DNA of 64,000 nt from Nanobdellota archaeon (GTDB lineage Archaea > Nanobdellota > Nanobdellia > Pacearchaeales > GW2011-AR1), in NCBI GenBank assembly GCA_030611805.1, contig JAUWPB010000002.1, forward strand, positions 7,690 to 71,689. The letters are read 5' to 3'. The position numbers and the translations under genes were made by a program. Positions 9,275-19,553 of this stretch are shown piece by piece. Positions within the stretch are counted from its first letter, which is position 1. Every line of letters begins with the position of its first letter. The notes beneath the pieces were generated by a model. That model did no database searches. It was not told the origin of the DNA and saw nothing but the letters and a program-made list of their open reading frames with translations.

Positions 9275-10714
9275 TTATTGTCTTGTTATCTGTTTAATTA
9301 TTCTATTTAGATAATATCTTGGCTCTTTAAAAACTAAATTAATTGTCTGGAAGAAATTCTTAAATAAAAATCTTCTAATCAATCTGATTCTTAATTTTCT
9401 TAGTTTTTTTCTCCCTTTCAAAAAAACTCTATCAAATTCTTCCTTAGAAATTTCAGGATCTAAAAGCAATGGTTCTTGAATATTATGAAATCCCAAAAGA
9501 TCAAAATTCATATTATTGGAAACCTTGCCTCTTTCCAAAGCTGTGTTCCAAAAAGGCGTAGCGGGAAAAGGGGTTGCAATAAAACTCCATATGTTTAAGG
9601 CACCATTTTTAATACAAAAATCTATAAAGTCATTTGTTTTTTCCATATCTTCTATTGTTTCTGTAGGAGAGCCATAAATTAAACTACCATAAATATTAAA
9701 TTTATATTTTTTTCCAAGAATTATTGCCCTCTTATTCATTTCCACACTTGATCCTCCTGCTTTTAGATACTTCAACATTCTTTCAGAACCAGATTCAAAT
9801 CCAAAACTTATAGTACTAATCTTTATATCATTCATTATTTTGCAAAGTTCTTCACTCATAAGATTTGCTCTTACTGCACACACTATCCCCTTAATTTTAT
9901 TTAACAATCCTTTTTTATTCAATTCATTTTTTATAGATTTTAATCTTTCAGGGCTTATTGCAAATAAATCATCTAAAGCATATATATAATCTACATTGTA
10001 TTCTTTGATTAATCTTTCTACTAGTTTTGCAATATATTCTGGAGAATGGAACCTCATCTTCCCCCAAAATCTAGAGGTTGAACAAAATACACATCTGTAG
10101 GGACATCCTCTTGAAGAAAACAAATAACCTTTTATTCCGATGGAATTAATTCCAGGGATTTCTTCTTTCCTAAAATAATTTGGATGAGCGAATTTAAAAT
10201 CTGGAAAAGGAAGAGAATCTAATTCGAGAGCATCCCTAATTTTTGTAATATTTATCTTATCTCTTTCTTTGTAGATTACACTTCTTATTTTTTTCAAATC
10301 TTTCTTATCAAATTTCTCTTTTTTTAGATAAAGTTCAATTAACTCTTTTAAAGTTTCCTCACCCTCTCCTAAAATCCCAACATCAAAACATTTTTTCAAG
10401 GATTTTGGAAGAGTAGAAATATGAACCCCTCCAATAAGAATCTGAAAGTTTTTCCATCTTTTCATTTTTGATGCAAAATCAATAGCTTGCTGATAATTAA
10501 TTGTCATTGCACTAATCCCTATGATATGCGGATCAAAATTAATTGTTTCTTTCTCTATTTCAAAATAATTTTTATCGAATATTTTTATGTTCTCTTTCTT
10601 CAATCCAACCCTTTCTTTTAGATAAGTTGCAAGAAAAATTAATCCTGCTGGAGGAAGTCTCTCTGCATCTTGTTGAAAAGAAATCAAAGCGATTTTTAAT
10701 TTATTCTTGTCCAT
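9275..10714 (-). CDS. B12-binding-domain radical SAM enzyme
   Basis: 'ILIGGVHIS', 'VGILGEGEETL', 'SRGCPYRCVFCS', 'FGFESGSERML'. Confidence 0.8.
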   Translation of the reverse strand: MDKNKLKIALISFQQDAERLPPAGLIFLATYLKERVGLKKENIKIFDKNYFEIEKETINFDPHIIGISAMTINYQQAIDFASKMKRWKNFQILIGGVHISTLPKSLKKCFDVGILGEGEETLKELIELYLKKEKFDKKDLKKIRSVIYKERDKINITKIRDALELDSLPFPDFKFAHPNYFRKEEIPGINSIGIKGYLFSSRGCPYRCVFCSTSRFWGKMRFHSPEYIAKLVERLIKEYNVDYIYALDDLFAISPERLKSIKNELNKKGLLNKIKGIVCAVRANLMSEELCKIMNDIKISTISFGFESGSERMLKYLKAGGSSVEMNKRAIILGKKYKFNIYGSLIYGSPTETIEDMEKTNDFIDFCIKNGALNIWSFIATPFPATPFWNTALERGKVSNNMNFDLLGFHNIQEPLLLDPEISKEEFDRVFLKGRKKLRKLRIRLIRRFLFKNFFQTINLVFKEPRYYLNRIIKQITRQ

Positions 10715-10835
10715 TTTAATTTAGAAGTAATTTACTTTTTAAAGATTTATTTAGTGGATTTTGTTTGTGTGCTGTTTTATTTGTTTTGGAATTTTGTGAA
10801 ATTTCAAATTAAAAATTTTTACAGACTTCCTATCT

Positions 10836-12734
10836 TTATTTTGTACTCTTAACTCTTGCCCAACCATCATTATAATGTTTATTAAATATGTAAGTATCTA
10901 AAAAAAATTTAGCCCAGGTATAAAATCTTGCTAAAGCTAATTTAATTGTCCACAAAAGTTCTCTCAAATTTGAAGGATATTTCATTAACCAAAAAATTCC
11001 TTTAAATTCTGTTCTGAAAGATTTCACTTTTGGGGTTGTTTTAATATCAACATATTTTCCCAATTTTCCATGAGATTTATGAGTTCTTATTTTTTGTTGA
11101 ATCCAGTCTTTTAAATTCCCTGCGTTTTTTACATACACTTTTGCTGATTCTACATACCCTATTTTATATCCTTTCGCCCAAAAAATATGGGGTATGACTG
11201 TATCCTCTGCAACATCTACCGGAATTTTATTTATATTCTTTTTTCTAAATGCAAAAAGATACCCTGAACATTCTATAAATGAATTGGATTCGCCAGCTTT
11301 TTTCCTTATTCTATGCGCTGCATCAAACAAAAAATTTGCCCAATATCCATATTTATTCTTTCTAGTTTCTTGAGGGGCTGGCCTTCCTGATACACATCCT
11401 ATCTCTGGGTCTAGAAAACTATTAACTATATCTTCCACAGAATTTTCACTTATATAAACATCCCCATCAGTTAAAATTAAAATATCTGTTTTAATCTTAG
11501 AAAAAATTAAATTTAAGGCGTAACTTTTTCCTTTTCCTGGATCTTTAAAAATCTTTATTTTTTTATGTTTTTGTGCATATTTTTCCACAATATTTAATGT
11601 CTCTTTGTCTGGAACAGAAATAACAATCTCATAATCATATTTGGTTTTTTGATTTAATGCGGATTCAATTGCTTTTGAAATTTTTGGTTCTTTATATGCA
11701 GTTATTAAAAGGGTTATCTTCGGGGTTAATAATTTTTCAATTGGAGAGAGCACATCTTTTATGTTTATTTTTTCCATACTTTTGCAGTTGTTTTTATAGC
11801 AACAAACACAAGGAGATTTTGCTACAATTTTTTCTCCCAATTCATACATCCCAAGTTCAGAGGAGGATGTTGGACCAACTAAACAAATTACTTTTCTTTT
11901 TAATGCTAAAGCAACATGCAATCCTAAACTATCTGAAGTTATGAATAAATTACAAGCGCTGATTAATGCAGGAAATTCCACTAAATCATTTCCACAGCCA
12001 GTAAGGATTATAGGAGATTTTGTTAATCTTAATATTTCTCTATTTCTTTCTACCTCATTTGGGCCTCCAAAAAGAAGAATCTTTGCCTGAAAATTTTTAT
12101 AAAGTTCTTCTATTAATTGAACTGTTTTTTTAATTGAAAGACTTTTCAACCATCTATCTGCTGCACCAGTATTAATCCCAATAATTCTGTCACTTCTTGA
12201 AAGATTGTATCTCCTTAAAAAATCCTGAGCAAATTTTCTTTGGTGTAATGTTAATCTTAAAAAAGGTTCATATTTTTTAAAATTTTTAAGCCCTATAATT
12301 TCAGCCATTATTTGCCTGTGGGATTTTTTATTTTTTTTCTTTAAAATATCTGCTCTTTTCTTTCCGAATTTGCTTATCATAGACATATCAAACCAATACT
12401 TTGCTTCTTTAGTGTAATCTACTTGTCCCTCTTCATTAAGAAAAGCCCCAATTAATTTTTTATATTTTAAACAAGAAACAAACTTACAATTTTCTCTATC
12501 TTCTTCTAAATTAATTATAATATCAAATTTGATTTTTTTAAATTTGCTTTTATTCTCCTCACTTATCATAGAATCAATATAAAAATTATTAATAAAAAGA
12601 GGCTTAGCTTTTTTACTTGTAATCCAAAATATTTTTGGATTTTGCTTCTTATATTTATCTTTAAGTGCTTGGGCTAAAAAAGAGCATCGGACTACATCTC
12701 CTAAAGCTCCTGTTTTAATTATTAAAATATTCAT
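10836..12734 (-). CDS. fusion protein: GT9 (heptosyltransferase-like) N-terminal half + GT2 C-terminal half
   Basis: N-terminus 'MNILIIKTGALGDVVRCSFLAQALK' and 'ITSDSLGLHVALALKRKVICLVGPT' are GT9 hallmarks. From about residue 335, 'ITLLITAYKEP..', 'LTDGDV' and 'SGYLFAFR' are GT2-like. Confidence 0.7.
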   Translation of the reverse strand: MNILIIKTGALGDVVRCSFLAQALKDKYKKQNPKIFWITSKKAKPLFINNFYIDSMISEENKSKFKKIKFDIIINLEEDRENCKFVSCLKYKKLIGAFLNEEGQVDYTKEAKYWFDMSMISKFGKKRADILKKKNKKSHRQIMAEIIGLKNFKKYEPFLRLTLHQRKFAQDFLRRYNLSRSDRIIGINTGAADRWLKSLSIKKTVQLIEELYKNFQAKILLFGGPNEVERNREILRLTKSPIILTGCGNDLVEFPALISACNLFITSDSLGLHVALALKRKVICLVGPTSSSELGMYELGEKIVAKSPCVCCYKNNCKSMEKINIKDVLSPIEKLLTPKITLLITAYKEPKISKAIESALNQKTKYDYEIVISVPDKETLNIVEKYAQKHKKIKIFKDPGKGKSYALNLIFSKIKTDILILTDGDVYISENSVEDIVNSFLDPEIGCVSGRPAPQETRKNKYGYWANFLFDAAHRIRKKAGESNSFIECSGYLFAFRKKNINKIPVDVAEDTVIPHIFWAKGYKIGYVESAKVYVKNAGNLKDWIQQKIRTHKSHGKLGKYVDIKTTPKVKSFRTEFKGIFWLMKYPSNLRELLWTIKLALARFYTWAKFFLDTYIFNKHYNDGWARVKSTK

Positions 12735-12735
12735 T

Positions 12736-14268
12736 TTAAACTTTATACCTCACTTTATCATACCAAACTCTGAAACTTAAAGGCAGACTTCGATAGACTG
12801 GTTTTAATATTCTTTCTCTTATTAAATCTGAGAGGCTTACAATTTTTAATGCAATTAATGTTAAAAAAGGGTTTCTTAAATTGTATTTTACCCGTTTAGG
12901 TTTAAGAAGAAAATTAAGGATAAAGTTGGGCATAATCCCAAAGCGAGTTTCTGTTACACCTCCCCTCATTAAATTAACTATTAAATTCAAGTACATGTTT
13001 CTCTTTTTCAAAAGAATGTGTGCGCTCCTGTCCCAATAATTTAAATTTGATGCAGAATCTTTTTCTTTTTTTATGATTCCGTCTTTTTTTGCTTTATAAT
13101 ATAATGGGGTTGAAGTGAAAAAAACAAGATTATTTACTGAAAGAAAATAAGGTTTTGGAATTTTTTGTAAAAGTTTTATTAGATTAATTATATCTTCTGG
13201 TTTTTCATAAGGATTTGTCGTTATAACATCATACATAACTGTAAGTTTATCTTTATACTTGTTGACTATTTTTGCGGAATTTAAAACAGACTGGTTTGTC
13301 TGATTTCTATGATAAATTTCTTTATTGACTCTTTCTTCTCCCTGAATCCCGATTATAATATCTGTGCATCCTGCATTAACAATAGCTTTTATTTTTTCGT
13401 CAGAAGTTGTTTTTGGGTCTGTCAGGCATTTGAATCTCATATTAACTTTTTCCTTATATTGTTTGCAAAAATCTTTTATTTGCTCTGCACTCCTCATTGA
13501 AAAAGTGTCGTCTCTTATGTCAAAATATTTTAGAGTTTTGAATCTTTTCTTTAAATCAATAACACAATTAATTATATAATCCGGAGAATGCCACCTTAAA
13601 ATTTTTTTTCTTTTTCCCTGATAAAGTTTATTTAACAAATCATTACTGCAATAAGAACAGCCATAAGGACAACCTCTTCCTGTTAAAAAGAAAATCTGCC
13701 CTCCTAAATCATACTCTCTGAACCTGATTAGTTTAGTTTTATCCAAGATATAATGGTCCTGAATATCATAATCCACAGGAGGCAAAGAATCTAAATCATC
13801 AATTAAATTTCTTACGGGGTTTTTTATTACCCTACCTTGTTTTTTAATCCATAGATTTTTTATTTTGTCAATTGGTTTATTTTTTCCAATTGCTTTGGAT
13901 AAGTCTAAAATTGCTCCCTCTCCTTCTCCTACACAAACTATGTCGCAATGTCTAATGCATTTTTCAGGGCTGATGGTTGCATGAATTCCACCCCACACAA
14001 TTGGTTTATTTAACTTTTTTAAATGATTAATTATCTGGATTGCTCTTGGGGCGGTTGATGCAAATGAATTTATCCCAATTAAATCAGAACCTTTAGATAA
14101 TTGAAGTGTTTGCTCAAGAACTTTTTTTGGATAAAATTTTGTGTAATCTTCAAAATATGCTAAAAAAATTGTTTTGACATTATGTCCTGCTTTTTTTAAC
14201 ACAGAGGAAATTGTTCTTATTCCCTGGTCTGAAGGGAATGTTGCTGTTGAGATAAGTGTTATTTTCAT
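12736..14268 (-). CDS. B12-binding-domain radical SAM enzyme
   Basis: 'IVWGGIHAT', 'VCVGEGEGA', 'GRGCPYGCSYCS'. Confidence 0.8.
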   Translation of the reverse strand: MKITLISTATFPSDQGIRTISSVLKKAGHNVKTIFLAYFEDYTKFYPKKVLEQTLQLSKGSDLIGINSFASTAPRAIQIINHLKKLNKPIVWGGIHATISPEKCIRHCDIVCVGEGEGAILDLSKAIGKNKPIDKIKNLWIKKQGRVIKNPVRNLIDDLDSLPPVDYDIQDHYILDKTKLIRFREYDLGGQIFFLTGRGCPYGCSYCSNDLLNKLYQGKRKKILRWHSPDYIINCVIDLKKRFKTLKYFDIRDDTFSMRSAEQIKDFCKQYKEKVNMRFKCLTDPKTTSDEKIKAIVNAGCTDIIIGIQGEERVNKEIYHRNQTNQSVLNSAKIVNKYKDKLTVMYDVITTNPYEKPEDIINLIKLLQKIPKPYFLSVNNLVFFTSTPLYYKAKKDGIIKKEKDSASNLNYWDRSAHILLKKRNMYLNLIVNLMRGGVTETRFGIMPNFILNFLLKPKRVKYNLRNPFLTLIALKIVSLSDLIRERILKPVYRSLPLSFRVWYDKVRYKV

Positions 14269-15407
14269 TTTAATAATTTTTTATATTCCTCCATATATTT
14301 TTTATATATGATATCCCAATCATACTGCTGTGCTTTTTTAAAATTATTCTTTGACATTTTTTTTGCTAATTTTTGATTGTCTAAAATTTTTAAAATATTT
14401 TTTTCAAGAGATTTAATATCTCCATAATTTGAAAAAAAACCATTTTCTGGTTGTTTCATTTCATAAGGAATCCCATTTACAGGGGAAGCAACTATTGGAA
14501 GTCCTGACGCCATGGCCTCAAATAAAGTCAAGGGCAATCCTTCCCTATAACTTGGCAAAACATAAACATCTGCTGCCTGATACATTTCTGCGATTTTTTC
14601 TTTGCCCCTCATTGCCCCAAGATATTTCATATTTTTATAAGGCTTGATTAATTTTTTTAATTCTTCTGCTTTTCCTTCGTCCGGACCAACCCAGATAAAA
14701 GCTATGTCTTTTCTTTTTTTAGAAATACTTATAGCAGATAACGCCAACTTTTCTGGTCCTTTTGTAGGATTTAATCTTCCAAAAAATAAAACTAATTTTT
14801 TCTCTTTTATTTTATGTTCTTTCTTAAAATTGTTATCTCTTATTTTTTTATAAAAAATCTTATCCATGCCATTTGGAATAATTTTTATTTTTTCTTTTTC
14901 CACAAATTTTTTCAGAATATCAATTTCCCAGGGAGTTATTGCAATTACTTTATTAATTAAATCAAAAGATAACTTGTTAAAAATAATATCATTTAGAAAT
15001 AAAAAAGGTCTTAAAATTTTTGGTCTGAATGAAGAATCTGTCCAGGGGCAATGAGTTGTATGAATATGTCTGAATTTTTTTATTTTAGAAAGTAATCCTG
15101 CAAATAAAATATAGGCGTGTCCTGAAACATGGGTATGAACTATGTCAAAATCTCCTTTAAATCTCCATAATAATGAAGGCCAGATAAAAGTGTTCAAGGA
15201 TAACCTGAACCAATAAGGAAACCTGTGGACATGGATTCCTTCAATGATTTCCTCTTTTATTGCAATCCTTTTTTCTTTATCTGAATCACAGCAAAACACA
15301 TGAACTTCATGTCCTTCTTTTACTTGTCTTTTTGCAAGTTCATACATTACTTGTTCAACTCCTCCAAATGTTGGGAAGTAAAACATATTTATGTGGGCGA
15401 TTTTCAT
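14265..15407 (-). CDS. GT4-family (GT-B) glycosyltransferase
   Basis: 'GGVEQVMYELAK' N-terminus and C-terminal 'PSYREGLPLTLFEAMASGLPIV' (EX7E-type motif). Confidence 0.8.
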   Translation of the reverse strand: MKIAHINMFYFPTFGGVEQVMYELAKRQVKEGHEVHVFCCDSDKEKRIAIKEEIIEGIHVHRFPYWFRLSLNTFIWPSLLWRFKGDFDIVHTHVSGHAYILFAGLLSKIKKFRHIHTTHCPWTDSSFRPKILRPFLFLNDIIFNKLSFDLINKVIAITPWEIDILKKFVEKEKIKIIPNGMDKIFYKKIRDNNFKKEHKIKEKKLVLFFGRLNPTKGPEKLALSAISISKKRKDIAFIWVGPDEGKAEELKKLIKPYKNMKYLGAMRGKEKIAEMYQAADVYVLPSYREGLPLTLFEAMASGLPIVASPVNGIPYEMKQPENGFFSNYGDIKSLEKNILKILDNQKLAKKMSKNNFKKAQQYDWDIIYKKYMEEYKKLLK

Positions 15408-15555
15408 AAAAAACCGAGATTAAGGGGATTTATAAAGATTATAGAGGAGAAATAAAATTGTGGAAATCTCTTTTTAAAAACAACGATATTATGTTGAAAA
15501 TTTGTATACTCTTTAACACGAAAAAGCTTAAATATAAAAATTTCTCAGAAATACT

Positions 15556-16263
15556 ATGGATAAAATAAAAACTGCAGTTATTCTTGCCGGAGGGGCAGGT
15601 CTTAGAATGGGTAAAACAGATAGGCCCAAACCAATGATTGATCTAAAAGGTAAACCTCTCTTACATTGGACCTTAGAAAAATGGTTATCTGTATATGATA
15701 TTCAACATGTTGTGTTTGGAGTCGCATATAAAAAAGAAGTTGTTATTGATTATTTTACAAAAAATAATCTTGAGATGAAGATAGATTTTAGTGAGCACTC
15801 TATAGAAGGAGAAACTGGGGAAGGATTTAGAAAAGCTATTAGTAGATTTGTTGAAGAAGATACATTTCTCGCCATGAATGGGGATGAATTAACAAACCTG
15901 AACATTAATGAATTAGTCAATTTTCACCAGAGGGACAGAGGAATTGCGACAATAGTTACAACCCCTCTTAAAATACCTTATGGGGTTTTAACAATAGATC
16001 AAGCGAACAATATTACAAGTTTTAATGAAAAAAAAGTCATAAAGAATTTGCCTATAAGCACGGGAATTTATGTTTTTGAAAAAAAGATTCTTGATTATCT
16101 CCCTATAACTGGCAATATTGAAAAAACAACTTTTAATGTTCTTGCAAAAAAAAGCTTATTAAAATCTTATTCATTACCTGAAGATAAAAAATGGTATACT
16201 GTGAATAACCTAAAACAATTAGAAGTTGCAAGAAAAGAAATAAATAACTTATGGAAAAATTAA
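15556..16263 (+). CDS. sugar-1-phosphate nucleotidyltransferase
   Basis: 'AVILAGGAGLRMG..RPKPMIDLKGKPLL' signature of NDP-sugar pyrophosphorylases. Confidence 0.75.
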   Translation: MDKIKTAVILAGGAGLRMGKTDRPKPMIDLKGKPLLHWTLEKWLSVYDIQHVVFGVAYKKEVVIDYFTKNNLEMKIDFSEHSIEGETGEGFRKAISRFVEEDTFLAMNGDELTNLNINELVNFHQRDRGIATIVTTPLKIPYGVLTIDQANNITSFNEKKVIKNLPISTGIYVFEKKILDYLPITGNIEKTTFNVLAKKSLLKSYSLPEDKKWYTVNNLKQLEVARKEINNLWKN

Positions 16264-16264
16264 A

Positions 16265-17233
16265 ATGGAAAGAGTATTAATAACCGGGATAACTGGATTT
16301 ATTGGGGGAGAACTCGCCCATAGACTTGTTACTAATTATGATGTGCACGGAGTGGTAAAACAATGCAGATCAAGAAATATGAAATCTCTTCAAGATATTC
16401 AACACAAACTTACATTGCATGAAGCAGACATAACTGATTTTATGTCTCTTGAAAATTTGATGAATAAAATAAAACCAAATAAAATATTACATCTTGCGGC
16501 GATTTCTCCTGTTAGAGCTTCATTTGAACATCCTTTAGAATATAATGAAGTTAATGCAAAAGGCACCATTAATATTATGAGTGCACTACATAAACTTGAA
16601 GATTTTAAAGACCGGAGACTTGTTATTGCTTCAACAGCAGAAACATATGGGTTACAACCAAAAAAAGAGCCCTTTAAAGAAGATTTGCCTCTTATTCCTT
16701 CTAGCCCTTACGCCTGTACCAAAGCTTATTGTGATATGTATCTTAGAATGATGAATGAAGTGCATGATTTCAATGGAGTTATTTTAAGATGTGCAAATAC
16801 TTATGGAAGAAAATATGATAAAAGTTTTTATATAGAATATCTTGTTGATAAAATGCTAAAGAACGAAGAAGTATATATCGGTGCACCAAATTCAATTAGA
16901 GATTATATGTACATTGATAACCATGTAAATGCCTATGTTTTGGCCATGGAAAAGCCAGAAGCAAAAGGCGAGGTGTTTAATGCAGCAACCGGGATTGGGA
17001 TAAAAAATAGTGATCTTGCTTTAAAAATTGCAGACATAACAGGATATGACAAGCAAAAATTGCATTTAGGAGAATACCCTCCAAACTATCCTAAGAGACC
17101 AATTAGTTCTGATCAGCCTTACCTTGTTTTAAATTCAAGTAAAATCAAAAACATGCTTGGTTGGCCAGACCCTCTATCTCTCGATGAAGGCCTTAAAAGA
17201 ACTGTTGATTATTGGGAGAAAAATTTAAATTAA
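16265..17233 (+). CDS. NAD-dependent NDP-sugar epimerase/dehydratase (extended SDR)
   Basis: 'VLITGITGFIGGEL' Rossmann motif and 'SPYACTKAYCD' (YxxxK). Confidence 0.8.
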   Translation: MERVLITGITGFIGGELAHRLVTNYDVHGVVKQCRSRNMKSLQDIQHKLTLHEADITDFMSLENLMNKIKPNKILHLAAISPVRASFEHPLEYNEVNAKGTINIMSALHKLEDFKDRRLVIASTAETYGLQPKKEPFKEDLPLIPSSPYACTKAYCDMYLRMMNEVHDFNGVILRCANTYGRKYDKSFYIEYLVDKMLKNEEVYIGAPNSIRDYMYIDNHVNAYVLAMEKPEAKGEVFNAATGIGIKNSDLALKIADITGYDKQKLHLGEYPPNYPKRPISSDQPYLVLNSSKIKNMLGWPDPLSLDEGLKRTVDYWEKNLN

Positions 17234-17234
17234 T

Positions 17235-18320
17235 TTACAAATTCTTTTCTGTTGCTTTTATAATCAATTTTTCAAATTTAGGAAGCATTTGTTTCCATTC
17301 CCATGTTTTAATATAATTTTTTGCTTTTAATCCCATACTCTTAGCGATTTTTTTGTTATCAACCAAGTAATTGATTTTCTCTGCTATTTTTTCCGGGGTA
17401 ACATCCTCAATTAAAAACCCTGTTTTGCCATCAACAATTGTTTCTTTTAATCCTCCTTCATTGACCCCAATTGTTAGTTTTCCTGAAGCTCCTGCTTCTA
17501 AAGGAATAAGCCCCCAATCTTCATTTATAGGAACAAACACTACTGCCAGACAGTTTGCATAAGGATCAACAAGTTTTTCACCTTTTATATTGTCTAAAAT
17601 TATGACATTGGGATATTTTTTAGAAAGAGTTTTCAGATTTTCTTTCTCACTTCCATCTCCAAATACATAAAGTTTTATTTTTTTATTTTTAACAAACCCC
17701 ATGCTCTTTATAACCAAGTCCACTCTTTTTGGTTTTTCAAGTCTTGAAACACACAAGAGATAATCTTCATAATTGCCTTGTTTATAATCTTTAAAATTAA
17801 TTCCGCAGTAAAAAATATCTGGGGCTTTTATATTATAAAATTTTTTAACTCTTTCTCTGACATTTTTACTAATAGGAAGAATAAGTCTGCATTTTTTTGC
17901 AGAGAGCACATCTATTTTTTTGAATAAAAATATTTTAAGAAATAAATAAATCTTCTTAAAAAAAGAAGAATTTTTTAAAGTATATTCTTTAAGGTCAAAA
18001 AAATCTCTTTTTGGAGAGAAACAAATCCAAACAACATTATTGTTTTTTAGACTTGCGAAATGAGTTGGCCAATCATTAGCAATTATAATATCAAAATCTT
18101 TGAATTTTCTATTAAAATTAAAAACAGAGAAGAATTTTGATTTAGATTTTAACAGATTAATTTTTATTTGTTTGAATTTGTGATAAGGGGTTTTACCTTT
18201 TCTTTGTGTAAAAATTTCCACGTCATGACCTTTTGATTTTAAATAAAAGGCATACTCTGCAATTACTTTTTGGGCCCCTCCAATCCCTTCAATGTATGGC
18301 TCAAGTATTGCGATTCTCAT
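17235..18320 (-). CDS. GT4-family (GT-B) glycosyltransferase
   Basis: 'MRIAILEPYIEGIGGAQKV' and C-terminal 'NEDWGLIPLEAGASGKLTIG' motif. Confidence 0.75.
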   Translation of the reverse strand: MRIAILEPYIEGIGGAQKVIAEYAFYLKSKGHDVEIFTQRKGKTPYHKFKQIKINLLKSKSKFFSVFNFNRKFKDFDIIIANDWPTHFASLKNNNVVWICFSPKRDFFDLKEYTLKNSSFFKKIYLFLKIFLFKKIDVLSAKKCRLILPISKNVRERVKKFYNIKAPDIFYCGINFKDYKQGNYEDYLLCVSRLEKPKRVDLVIKSMGFVKNKKIKLYVFGDGSEKENLKTLSKKYPNVIILDNIKGEKLVDPYANCLAVVFVPINEDWGLIPLEAGASGKLTIGVNEGGLKETIVDGKTGFLIEDVTPEKIAEKINYLVDNKKIAKSMGLKAKNYIKTWEWKQMLPKFEKLIIKATEKNL

Positions 18321-18370
18321 GTTAGAAGTTATGAATAAACATTTTTAAAGAATACCTTTTTGTGAAAGGT

Positions 18371-19513
18371 ATGAAATCCACATATACTCAAATCAGGGAG
18401 AAGACTAAAAATCTTTTTCTTATATCAGATTATCTCTTGTGGTTGTTATTAGATTTATCTAAATTTAAGAGAATCAAAAAAGAAAAAATAAAGAAGGTTT
18501 TAATAATTCATTTGGGAGCTATCGGCGAACTTTTAGTTACAACTCCTTTATTTCCTGCACTCAAAAAAACACTAAAGTGTGACATCAGTTTTATGGTCAG
18601 CAAGGGAAGAGAAGAAATATTTAAAAATAATCCACATCTTTCAGAAATCATAACTTATGAAGATAATTTTAAAAAAAATATTAAAATATTAAAAAATAAA
18701 GATTTTGATTTGGCAATTATTCTTTTTCCGGGTTCAATACAGCTCTCTTTAATGTGTCTGCTTGCCGGAATAAAATACAGAATAGGTTGTTTTAGCGGAT
18801 TAAAAAAAGGTCCTGCACTTTTTTTTACCAGAAGGGTTTTTCCGATTTTCCAAAAAAATAAAAGGCATGCCCTTGAAAAAAATTTAAGCATGATTAAGCA
18901 AATTGGCATTGAAAATAAAAACCCCAAGATAGAAGTTTATGTAACAAAAAAGGAAAAACAAAGTGTAAAAAATAAATTAAAAAAGTTAAAAGTCAAAGAT
19001 TATATTATTGTTCATCCTGGATTTGGTTTTTCAACAAAACATAAATATCCTTCAAGATTATGGCCATTAGATAGGTATGCCAAAGTTATAGATCATATTG
19101 TTAAAAATTATCCTGTTAAAGTTTTACTAACCGGAAGTGCAGATGAAAAAATATTTGCAGAGAAGATAAAAGAAAAAGTAAAGGATAAAAGAAAAGTGAT
19201 TATTACTAATGGTTTGTTTGACCTGATGGAAATATCTTATCTTATTTCTAAAGCCAGATTATTAATCGGGCCAAGCACTTCAGTGATTCATATCGCAACA
19301 GCATTTGACACTCCTCTTATACTGCTTGGAGGGGAAGAACTCCAAGATGTGTGGTATCCTCAAATGACTAAAGAAAAATATAAAGTTTTATTTCATCCAG
19401 AAGTCTGCACTGAATGTGATAAAGATTATTGTAGGAAAAAAACAATTGAATGCATGAATGCTATAACAACTGAAGAGGTTATAGAATCTTCTATATCTTT
19501 ATTAAATAATTGA
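18371..19513 (+). CDS. GT9-family (heptosyltransferase-like) glycosyltransferase
   Basis: 'KKVLIIHLGAIGELLVTTPLFPALKK' and 'GPSTSVIHIATAFDTPLILLGG'. ATG at 18371; the track start at 18362 is GTG. Confidence 0.7.
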   Translation: MKSTYTQIREKTKNLFLISDYLLWLLLDLSKFKRIKKEKIKKVLIIHLGAIGELLVTTPLFPALKKTLKCDISFMVSKGREEIFKNNPHLSEIITYEDNFKKNIKILKNKDFDLAIILFPGSIQLSLMCLLAGIKYRIGCFSGLKKGPALFFTRRVFPIFQKNKRHALEKNLSMIKQIGIENKNPKIEVYVTKKEKQSVKNKLKKLKVKDYIIVHPGFGFSTKHKYPSRLWPLDRYAKVIDHIVKNYPVKVLLTGSADEKIFAEKIKEKVKDKRKVIITNGLFDLMEISYLISKARLLIGPSTSVIHIATAFDTPLILLGGEELQDVWYPQMTKEKYKVLFHPEVCTECDKDYCRKKTIECMNAITTEEVIESSISLLNN

Positions 19514-19553
19514 CCACAATTATATTTATAAATATCCTATTTTTAAATTTTCA

